Assembly (NCBI GenBank): GCA_000004695.1
Contig: CM000151.3
Span: 1,312,001-1,376,000 of the forward strand
Source: Dictyostelium discoideum
Taxonomy: Eukaryota
DNA: 64,000 nucleotides
Direction of reading: 5' to 3'
The notes beneath the pieces are model-generated. The model was not told where the DNA came from and ran no database searches. It saw nothing but the letters and a program-made list of their open reading frames with translations. Positions 55,731 to 64,000 of this stretch are shown in pieces. How positions within the stretch are numbered: position 1 is the stretch's first letter; the number at the start of each line of letters is the position of its first letter. The translations under genes were made by a program, and so were the position numbers.

Positions 55731-58700
55731 TTATTTTCTTGGTGGAATGATTGGTTTTTTAGTAAGATTGAGATCTGATGTTTGTGGTGAATGTGGTGGT
55801 GTTGCAGTTGGAGTTGTTGTATTTGTTGTTGGTGGAAATGGAACAGGTGAATTATTATTAATATTATTATTATTATTTACAGCAACATTAACAGCACTAC
55901 CTCCACGTGGTGGTAATGGCATAACTCTTGGTTTACCAGTTGGAGGTGTTGTAAAATCAGTATTGCTATTATTATTATTATTATTGGCAGATGATGGTAA
56001 TGAAAGATCATCTTTAGTTATATTATTATTATTAGTATTATTTTTTACAGAAGAAGGTACAAAAGAGGAATGTGATGTTGATGGTACAAATGTTGATGCA
56101 GATCTTGCACTATTATTTGGTGCTGCTTGTTTCAAATTTGATAATTTTGATGGGAAAGCAATTGGTTTAGCTGGTTGGTTTGTTGTTGTTGTAGTTGTTG
56201 TTGTTGTTGAAGAATTTGAAGTATTATTATTATTTATTAATGTTGATACAGGAGCAGGTGCTGTAAATGAACCTGGTTTAGGTAAGGGTCTTGTTGTTTT
56301 TGTTGGTACAGTATTATTATTTTCATTTTGTTGTGTTATTACAGGTTGAGAAGGAGTAGGAGTAGTGGTTGGTGTTACAGATAATGGTCTTTGTTGTCTT
56401 GATGGAATTGGTGGTGCTTGTTCAGTTGTGGCAGGTTGTTGTTGTTGTGGGGATGATGTTTGATTTGAATTTGTTATAAATGTTTTCTTTATAGTTGAAG
56501 TTGGTCTTGGTTTTGCAATTGGTGTTTGTGATGGTAATGGTGTTGAAGCTGAATCAACAATTGTTGGTGGTTCATCAATAACAACTGTAGTATTAGTAGT
56601 AGTGGTAGTAGGTGTAATTGTTGCAGAAGATTTTGATTTTGGTGGTGGAGGTGGTAATGGTTTTGAAGGAATTGCATGAACTGGTTTTGATTGTTGTTGT
56701 TGTTGTTGTAATGCACCAGCAGCAGTTTGAGTTCTATGTAATGATTTTGGAGAATCAGAAGAGATACCATTTGAAGAAGGATTAGTAGTTGCAATTGTAC
56801 TTCTTTTAATATGATCTAAAACTTTATCAGCATTTCTAGAATATTCTTCACGATGTGGTTTAATTAATTCATCCAAATCAGTGAACCATTCCATTTTTTG
56901 TTCGTAAGAATCTGCAACCAATGTGAATCTTCTACCGGTGGTACCAGGTTGACTAATTTCAAAGGTATTACAAAATGAACTACCTCTATTCTCCTCGCCA
57001 TCAACATTTGTAGAGGCAATGATGAATAGAGTTTCGAGACGAATTGATTTCTTATCTTTTTGAGTTCTCATAATAATATCATTAAAGAGATAATAATGCA
57101 TTCTACCAGAGATTTTATCTTTTTCCTCGGTTAATTCACCAAAAGTTGCTTCACGAATCAAGTAACGAGTTGGAGTGAAGAATACAAATTTCTCGGGTGC
57201 TTGTAATTTTTCATGAATTTTATACATTTTTTGATGAATTTCAGCTTTTCTTTTACTTTCATTAACAGAGAGAACCACCTCTTGAATTTCAGTGTATGCT
57301 TTCTCTAGATTCGCTAAATCCGGATGACCTTCACAACTATTCTTTATGAGTTCTCTTAGTAGTAATGGATATTTACAAAGACGTTGAACTGGTTTAATTA
57401 GAAAACTCTCTAAATTACATTGTCTACATTCTGTACTTGCTTGTTTCTCCTCTAGAAACTGTTTAAATGATGGTATCTTTTTACTACAACGTGCAATATG
57501 GTCGGCTGAAATGGTCTGATTTGCACAATAACCACTATAGATTTTCAAATATTTAAAGAAATAGATAAAACATGTACCAACTGTATGATTTGGTTTCTCA
57601 TCTGGTGCTTTTTGTAAGAGGTCACTTAACAACTCTTTATTTACATTCAATAGTAATTGAATATTTGAAAATATTATTGAAATATCTTTATCGGGTATAA
57701 TCTTTGACTCCTTTAATGGTGTCAATATAAAATTTACAATTATATTTAAATCTGCTATATAATCTTTCTCTGTATTAATAATTTCATTAATTACCATGTT
57801 TCTCATTTTATTTTCACCTTCTTCTTTCATTACATTTTGATGTATAACTTGTGCAAATGCTCTTGTAACTTTAATTACAACTTCTCTCTTTGTACCACCA
57901 TTTGGTGATGATATAACTGATGATCCTGATGATAATTCTGTTTTATCACCAACTAAATTATTTGTTGAATTATTATTATTATTATTTGTTGTTGTAGTAG
58001 TTGTACCACTATCTGTTCCACCACCAACATTTATATTCTCTGTAGATGGTGATGTATTTAATCCTCCACTACCTGTTGTTGTTGTAGTTGTTGTTATATT
58101 ACTTAAATCACTTGATGATATTGATTTTTCAATACCTTCACTATTAATTGGTGTTGGTGTTGATGTTCTACTACCATTACTATTATTATTATTATTTGTT
58201 GTTTCATTATTTTCAATATTTGAATCTGTTGTATTATTCTGTATTATATTTGCATCTTCTGAACTTATACTATTTCTATCTGTTGTATTATTCGCTAAAT
58301 TATTACTACTACTATTATTATTATTATTACTCTCTATAAATGATTTACTTGGTGATGAATCAATTTGAACTGGTGAAGTTGATCTTTCAATAATTAATGA
58401 ATTTGATTTTTTAACAGAGAATATCTTTGAAATTACAGATGGTTCTCTAGTTAATTGTACTTTAGTTGGTGTTGAATCTTTATCTTTTTGTTCAGTAATA
58501 TCTTCTTTTTCTTTTTCTTTTTCTTTTTGTTCCCTTTTAGATTTTTCTTTTTCTTCTTTTAATTTCTCTTTTTCTTCTTTTTGTTTTTGTTTTTCCATTT
58601 CTAAACGTTCCTTTTCATCTTTAATCTTTTGTTCTTTTTCTTCTTTTTGTTTTTGTTTTTCCATTTCTAAACGTTCTTTCTCATCTTTAATCTTTTGTTC

Positions 58701-59168
58701 TTTTTCTTCTTTTTGTTTTTGTTTCTCCATTTCTAATCTTTCTTTTTCCTCTTTTTGTTTTTGTTTCTTTAAATTCTTATCTTCTTTTGAATTCAATTTA
58801 TTTGATGATCCTTTTGATTTAGTTGGTGTAATCATTGAATCTGGTGTTGATGTTGCTGATGTTGGTGTTGTTGAATTTGTTGTTTCTGATTCATCTGTTG
58901 TTGATGTTGTTGCTGTTGTTGTTGTTGTTGTTGCAGTAGTAGTAGGAGAAGTAGTAGTGGCAGTAGTTGTGGTGGTATTATTTGATGATGATGATAATGA
59001 CGATGATGATTCTTTTTGTTGTTCATCTTCAATATTTAAACTATCCCTATTACTACTGATATCACTATTTGTATCATTAACAACTTGTTGATCTATGGCA
59101 ACTTCTTTTTTATTTTCTTCTGATTGTTCATCTATTGTTAAAACATATCGAAAAAATTTAATTTTCAT
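55731..59168 (-). CDS. Rho guanine-nucleotide exchange factor (DH-PH), 1145 aa, with a Lys/Glu-rich tandem-repeat coiled coil and a Pro/Thr-rich C-terminus
   Basis: DH domain: VINEIINTEKDYIADLNIIVNFILTPL...LIKPVQRLCKYPLLLRELIKN. PH-like: RMHYYLFNDIIMRTQKDKK...RFTLVADSYEQKMEWF. N-terminal region holds three copies of a 22-aa unit (KDEKERLEMEKQKQKEEKEQKI) encoded by a 66-bp DNA repeat at about 58598..58795. C-terminal third is Pro/Thr/Asn-rich with PPPPK. Confidence 0.75.
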   Translation of the reverse strand: MKIKFFRYVLTIDEQSEENKKEVAIDQQVVNDTNSDISSNRDSLNIEDEQQKESSSSLSSSSNNTTTTTATTTSPTTTATTTTTTATTSTTDESETTNSTTPTSATSTPDSMITPTKSKGSSNKLNSKEDKNLKKQKQKEEKERLEMEKQKQKEEKEQKIKDEKERLEMEKQKQKEEKEQKIKDEKERLEMEKQKQKEEKEKLKEEKEKSKREQKEKEKEKEDITEQKDKDSTPTKVQLTREPSVISKIFSVKKSNSLIIERSTSPVQIDSSPSKSFIESNNNNNSSSNNLANNTTDRNSISSEDANIIQNNTTDSNIENNETTNNNNNSNGSRTSTPTPINSEGIEKSISSSDLSNITTTTTTTGSGGLNTSPSTENINVGGGTDSGTTTTTTNNNNNNSTNNLVGDKTELSSGSSVISSPNGGTKREVVIKVTRAFAQVIHQNVMKEEGENKMRNMVINEIINTEKDYIADLNIIVNFILTPLKESKIIPDKDISIIFSNIQLLLNVNKELLSDLLQKAPDEKPNHTVGTCFIYFFKYLKIYSGYCANQTISADHIARCSKKIPSFKQFLEEKQASTECRQCNLESFLIKPVQRLCKYPLLLRELIKNSCEGHPDLANLEKAYTEIQEVVLSVNESKRKAEIHQKMYKIHEKLQAPEKFVFFTPTRYLIREATFGELTEEKDKISGRMHYYLFNDIIMRTQKDKKSIRLETLFIIASTNVDGEENRGSSFCNTFEISQPGTTGRRFTLVADSYEQKMEWFTDLDELIKPHREEYSRNADKVLDHIKRSTIATTNPSSNGISSDSPKSLHRTQTAAGALQQQQQQSKPVHAIPSKPLPPPPPKSKSSATITPTTTTTNTTVVIDEPPTIVDSASTPLPSQTPIAKPRPTSTIKKTFITNSNQTSSPQQQQPATTEQAPPIPSRQQRPLSVTPTTTPTPSQPVITQQNENNNTVPTKTTRPLPKPGSFTAPAPVSTLINNNNTSNSSTTTTTTTTTNQPAKPIAFPSKLSNLKQAAPNNSARSASTFVPSTSHSSFVPSSVKNNTNNNNITKDDLSLPSSANNNNNNSNTDFTTPPTGKPRVMPLPPRGGSAVNVAVNNNNNINNNSPVPFPPTTNTTTPTATPPHSPQTSDLNLTKKPIIPPRK

Positions 59169-59673
59169 TTTTAATATTTTTCCAAATTCGAGAGTGATTA
59201 GTATTTTTTTTTTTTTTTTAGAAAATTATTGTTGTTGTTGTTGTTGTGTGATTGTGAATTAGTAATGCGTGTGTGTGAGTGATTTTTTTTTTTTTTTTTT
59301 TTTTTTTTTGGTATGTTTATATTATTTAATGTGATATAAAAATAAATAAATAAATAAAAAATAAAATAAAAATAAAAATAAAATAATATATTTACCTTTG
59401 GTCATTTTTTTTTTTTTTTTTTTATTTAATTTTGAATTTTTTTTTTTAAAAAAAAAAATATATATATATTTGTATTAAATTTTAATTATTGCTACTATTA
59501 TACATAAATTATTACTTTATAATTGGTTAATATTTTTTTTTTTTTTTTTTTTTATTGAATGTGTGATAAAGTGGTAAAATGGTTAGTGTTAGGAAAAAAA
59601 AAAAAAGAAAAAGAAAAACAATGATTGTAAAATTATTTTGATTAAATTATTATGAATGAGGGGGAATTTTTAT

Positions 59674-59708
59674 GTGGTTTGTGGTTTGTGGTTTGTGGTT
59701 TGTGGTTT
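59674..59708. repeat. (GTGGTTT)5 heptanucleotide microsatellite
   Basis: Five perfect tandem copies of GTGGTTT in intergenic DNA. Confidence 0.9.
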
Positions 59709-59799
59709 TTTGTGTATGTATGGTATTTTTTTAAGTGTTGATTTATTTAAATATATATGTATATATATACACAGTTTTTTATTTAAATTTTTTTTTTTT

Positions 59800-59844
<45 letters not shown>

Positions 59845-61617
59845 ATTTTTTATTGTTCTATTTTTATTTTTATTTTTTTTTTTTTTTATTTTTATTATTT
59901 ATCAACTTTATTTCAAAATCTTTTATTTTACAAAAATGAGATTGAAGTTAGATTTAAAAAAAAAAAAAGTGAGAATGGTTTAAAAATAAATAAATAAATA
60001 AATTAATATAAAAACGAATTAATAAACCAATAAATAAATAAATAAATTTGTGAATAAATAAAGCGAGATGGCTTTTTTTTTTTTTTTTTGAAAGAGAAAA
60101 AAAAAAAAAAAATTGAAAAAAAAAAGGATTTGATTTTTTTTTTTTTTTTTTTTTTGTTTAAAGGCAATTTTCAAGGTATTTTCAAATAAAAAAATCGTGA
60201 AAAAAAAAAAAAAATTTGAATAGAGATATTAAAAAATTTAATACCATTGAATAAATAATTGGTGTATTATGTAAAAAAAAAAAAAAAAAAAAAAAAATAA
60301 AACAAAACAAAATGAAAAAAAAATTAAAATTATAAAAAAAAATAAAATAAAATAATAATCAAAAGTAAGAAATGGATTTTGGTTCTTTTTGTTGTGGGAT
60401 AACAAATTTTCTATTTTTGTAATTTTTATTTTTTTTTTTTTTTTTATTTTTAGTTTTTTTTTTTTTTTTTTTTTAAATGTGTTTCCAATAAAATCAAATA
60501 TAGTTGATTATTTTACAGACAAATCAAAACTTAAAATTTAGATTTTATTTCATTTCCTTATTGATGATATCTTAAAATTAAAGATTAAAAGGTTTACCAT
60601 TGGTGCAAGGCCATAGATCGAAATCACTTTTATCTATTACACACAATTCCAATTTCACACAATTCCAATAACCAATCATTATCTTTTTACCACAAAAAAA
60701 TTTATTAAAAAAAAAAATATAAAAAAAATAAAATATAAAATAAAATAAAATAAAATAAAATAAAATAATAATAATAATAAAGTAAACATAAAGAAAAAAA
60801 ATTTTAAAATAAAATAAGAAATGGAATCATTTAAATAAAAAAAAAAAAATAAAAAAAAAAAAGAAAAAAAAAATTATATGAAATAAAAAAAAAAAAAAAA
60901 AAAAAAATTTATTTATATGAAAAAATAATTGTAATTAAACATTTATTCAACTAATTATTAACTGTAACTTATTTGAAATTTTTTAATGAATGCATTTTTT
61001 ATATCTTTTTGAAAAAAAAAAAAAAAAAAAGGTGAATGGTAAAATGTATTGTTTTATGGTGAAAATAAACAAATTTCAAATTCACTAAAAGCAAAAAAAA
61101 AAACTTTATTATTCAATTTTGTTAAAGGTAAAAATAAAAATAAAAAAAATTGAATAAATAAAGTTTTTTTTTGATTTTAGTGTTTTATAGTGAAAATAAA
61201 AATAAAAATAAAAATAAAAATAAATAAAAAAAGTACATCCACTTATCTTTTTTCATATTTATTTTTAAATAATAGAATTATGATTTCGTGTCTGTAGTAT
61301 TTTTTTTTTTTTTTTTTTTTATTTTATTTTTAATTTTTTTATATTTATTTTTTGATTATTATTTTTAATAAAAAAAACAGAAACCAAAAAAAAAAAATAA
61401 AGAAAGGAATTAATAAAAAAAAATAAAAAAACAAAAAACAATTAATTTTTTATTTTTATTTTTATTTTTTTTTTCCTGAAAAAAAAGTTTTCGTTACTCG
61501 CTTGTAAAAAAAAAAAAAAAAATTTCAAAAAAAAAAAAAATTGTATGCCTGCTTTAAAAATTAATTTTTCAAATTTTTTTCAGTCTTTTTCGCAATAATT
61601 TCCGATAACATCACAAT

Positions 61618-62599
61618 ATGGGGTATGTCACACTCACTCATTATCACTCCACAATGTCACTATGTCTCTTTTTATATCAATACAAATAATAGATAAATGA
61701 TAAATGATAAAGATTAATTGAAAATTGTTAATAGATAATCATAATAAAGTTGTGTGGTAAAAAAGAGATAATCACACTCACCACTCAATCAATCATCACA
61801 AACACACACGCATCATGTATCACACATATATCATATCATAACACATACTCGCACGACCAATTTTAAACTCTACATCATACTAATATGAAAACAATAATTG
61901 AAAAAATAGTAAGCCAAATGGTTTAAAAACAGCTAGAAAGCTTAGAAATCACAGAAGAGTCCAAAGATGGAACGATAAACTCTACAAAAAGGCTCATTTC
62001 GGTACTGCTCTTAAAGGTTTGTATTTTAATGAAGAGAGTGAAAATTAAGAGAAAATCAAAACAATAAACTAACAACTTTTTTTTATTTCAAATATAGCCA
62101 ATCCATTCGGTGGTGCCTCCCATGCCTCTGGTATCGTCGTAAGCAGACTTGGTATCGAAGGTATGTTTTAAAGAAACAAAGAAACAAAAAATAATACAAA
62201 AACTAAAAATCACAAATACTAATTCTTTTTTTTATTATTTTTAAAAATACAGCCAAACAAGTAAGGATTTATTTTATTTAGGTTTAGGTTAAATTTTTTA
62301 ATATATTTTTAGGGGTTTATACTAATTTTTAATTATCTATTTTATTACAGCCAAATTCTGCCATCCGTAAATGTGTCAGAGTTCAATTAAAAAAGAACGG
62401 TAAAAAGATCACTGCTTTCGTTCCAAACGATGGTTGTTTAAATTACATCCAAGAAAATGACAAAGTTTTAGTTGCTGGTCTCGGTCGTTCAGGTCACTCT
62501 GTCGGTGATATTCCAGGCGTCCGTTTCAAGGTTGTCAAAGTTTCATCCGTCTCCCTCATTGCCATCTACCGTGGTATCAAAGATAAACCAAACGTATAA
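61618..62599 (+). CDS. rps23: 40S ribosomal protein S23 (uS12), five exons including an 8-nt micro-exon, 143 aa
   Basis: Exons approx 61618..61622 (ATGGG, donor GTATGT), 61910..62016 ([35 protein letters not shown]), 62098..62161 ([21 protein letters not shown]), micro-exon 62253..62260 (CCAAACAA, giving AKQ; flanked by ..ATACAG| and |GTAAGG), 62351..62599 ([82 protein letters not shown]). Matches eukaryotic RPS23 throughout. Only the model with the micro-exon keeps the frame. Confidence 0.85.
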
Positions 62600-63028
62600 A
62601 TAAATATTGGGATAATAAATCTTTTTTAAAAAAAAAAGTAAATTCATTTTTTAAATATGGTCATTCATTTATATATTTATTTTTCCATCACTTTTTTTTA
62701 AAAAAATTAATATGTTTTTTTATTTTAAAAAATAAAAGAATTATTATAATAATAATACAAATAATTTTTAAACTTGAATATTTGAATTTTTTATTTATTT
62801 TAAATTCAATTTGCCAATTTTTTTAAAAAAAAAAAAAGAAAAAGAAAAAAAAAGTCTTTTTTTTTTTTATTTTTTTAAAATTAAATTAATAAACACCACC
62901 CCGAATACAAACAAATAATTTGTTTTTTTTATTTTATTTTTTTAAAATTTTATTTTTTTTTCATCCATATAAACATATAATATACATATATATTAAATTT
63001 TTAATAATAATAATAATAATAATAAATA

Positions 63029-63826
63029 ATGAAAATTAATGGGAAAACATTTGTGGTGACAGGTGGAGCTTCAGGTTTAGGATTAGAGACAAGTAGACAT
63101 CTTAGATCATTAGGAGCAAATATATTTATAATGGATATGAATGAAGAAAATGGTAGAAAAGTTGTTGAAGAATTAGGTAGTGATAAAACTATGTTTTCAT
63201 CAGTTGATATAACATTGGAGGATTCTGTTAAATTATCATTAGAACATTGTTTAAAGAAATTTAAAGAAATTCATGGTGTTATAAATTGTGCAGGTGTTGC
63301 AGCTGCACAAAGGGTAATTAAAAGGGATGGTCAAGTTCATCCATTGGATTTATTCACTCGTGTAGTTATGGTTAATCTTATTGGTACTTTCAATGTAATT
63401 AGATTAGTTGCTGATATAATACATAACCAAAATCAACCATCATCAAAAGATGGTGGTGAAGAAGAGGAAGAGAAAGGTGTTTTCATTATGACTGCATCAG
63501 TTGCTGCATTCGAGGGTCAGGTAGGCCAATCTGCATATTCTGCAAGCAAAAGTGGTGTTGTTGGTATGACACTACCAATGGCTAGAGAATTTGCTACTTT
63601 AAAAATTAGAATCAATACAATTGCACCTGGAACATTCGAAACACCAATGGTGGAAATGTTACCTCAAGCTGCAATTAAATCAATCAATGAATCAATTCCT
63701 TTTCCATCTAGAATGGGTAAACCAAAAGAATTTGCTTTCTTATGTCAACATTTAATTGAAAATACTTATATAAATGGTGAAGTTATTAGATTAGATGGCG
63801 CACTTCGTTTATCAAAATTGTAAAAA
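63029..63826 (+). CDS. Short-chain dehydrogenase/reductase; 3-hydroxyacyl-CoA dehydrogenase type-2 (HSD17B10)-like; 265 aa, single exon
   Basis: TGGASGLG Rossmann motif. NCAGVAAAQ. Catalytic YSASKSGVVGMTLPMAREF. Then [47 protein letters not shown], closely parallel to human HSD17B10 ([90 protein letters not shown]). Confidence 0.85.
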
Positions 63827-64000
63827 ATCAAAAATCAAAAATCAAAAAATCAAAAAAAAATCAAAAAAAAAAAAAATCAGAAATGAAAAAATCCAACAAT
63901 CAATATTGATTGAAATAAAAATAGATTGGCCATAATACCATAATACCATAATACATAATACCAAAAGTTTAATTAATTTTTTTTTTTTTTTTTTTTTTTT

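Noticed and set aside
55636-56349. 237-aa plus-strand ORF antisense to the RhoGEF C-terminal region
   Set aside because: It lies wholly inside the well-supported minus-strand RhoGEF ORF. It is composed of low-complexity poly-L/V/G runs that mirror the sense-strand poly-N/T/P codons. It is an artefact of triplet-repeat DNA.

Overview
This window is AT-rich (about 75-80% A+T) eukaryotic nuclear DNA, not prokaryotic. Genes carry short spliceosomal introns (GTAAGT/GTATGT...AG, about 60-290 bp). Intergenic DNA is full of A/T homopolymers, and coding regions contain (AAT)n/(CAA)n triplet runs that encode polyN and polyQ. Together with recognisable orthologues (GSK3/gskA with a model of exactly 467 aa, a huntingtin orthologue, rps23, Dictyostelium-type TRAF and EGF-like families, a tRNA with a downstream extra B box) this fits Dictyostelium discoideum, probably the chromosome-2 gskA-htt neighbourhood. 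There are no CRISPR arrays, operons or bacterial defence systems. I model about 17 protein-coding genes, one tRNA and several repeats. From 5' to 3': (1) a head-to-tail array of three about 90% identical five-exon genes encoding signal-peptide / LRR / Dictyostelium EGF-like / IPT-like type-I membrane proteins (copy A is cut by the window edge; copy B carries four extra EGF modules); (2) a convergent 1683-aa giant protein with a signal peptide, Asn-rich beta-helix-like repeats, a Cys-rich module and about 7-9 TM helices; (3) a RING-TRAF-MATH gene; (4) gskA; (5) a J-domain polytopic membrane protein; (6) a roughly 1780-aa coiled-coil protein; (7) the huntingtin orthologue (about 9.3 kb, 3 exons); (8) a mitochondrial-carrier-family gene; (9) a second RING-TRAF-MATH gene; (10) a 1180-aa Asn-rich hypothetical protein; (11) tRNA-Pro(UGG) with an ex-B box, a flanking non-AT-rich island and duplicated flank fragments; (12) an N-myristoylatable EF-hand protein; (13) a DH-PH RhoGEF; (14) rps23 with an 8-nt micro-exon; (15) an HSD17B10-like short-chain dehydrogenase. 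The region most likely to be undescribed biology is the tandem LRR-EGF-IPT receptor array with its module-number polymorphism, a GC splice donor in one copy, and a duplicated pseudogene fragment of the neighbouring 7TM giant gene that marks the duplication breakpoint. Splice-site coordinates were derived by eye and may be off by 1-2 nt.
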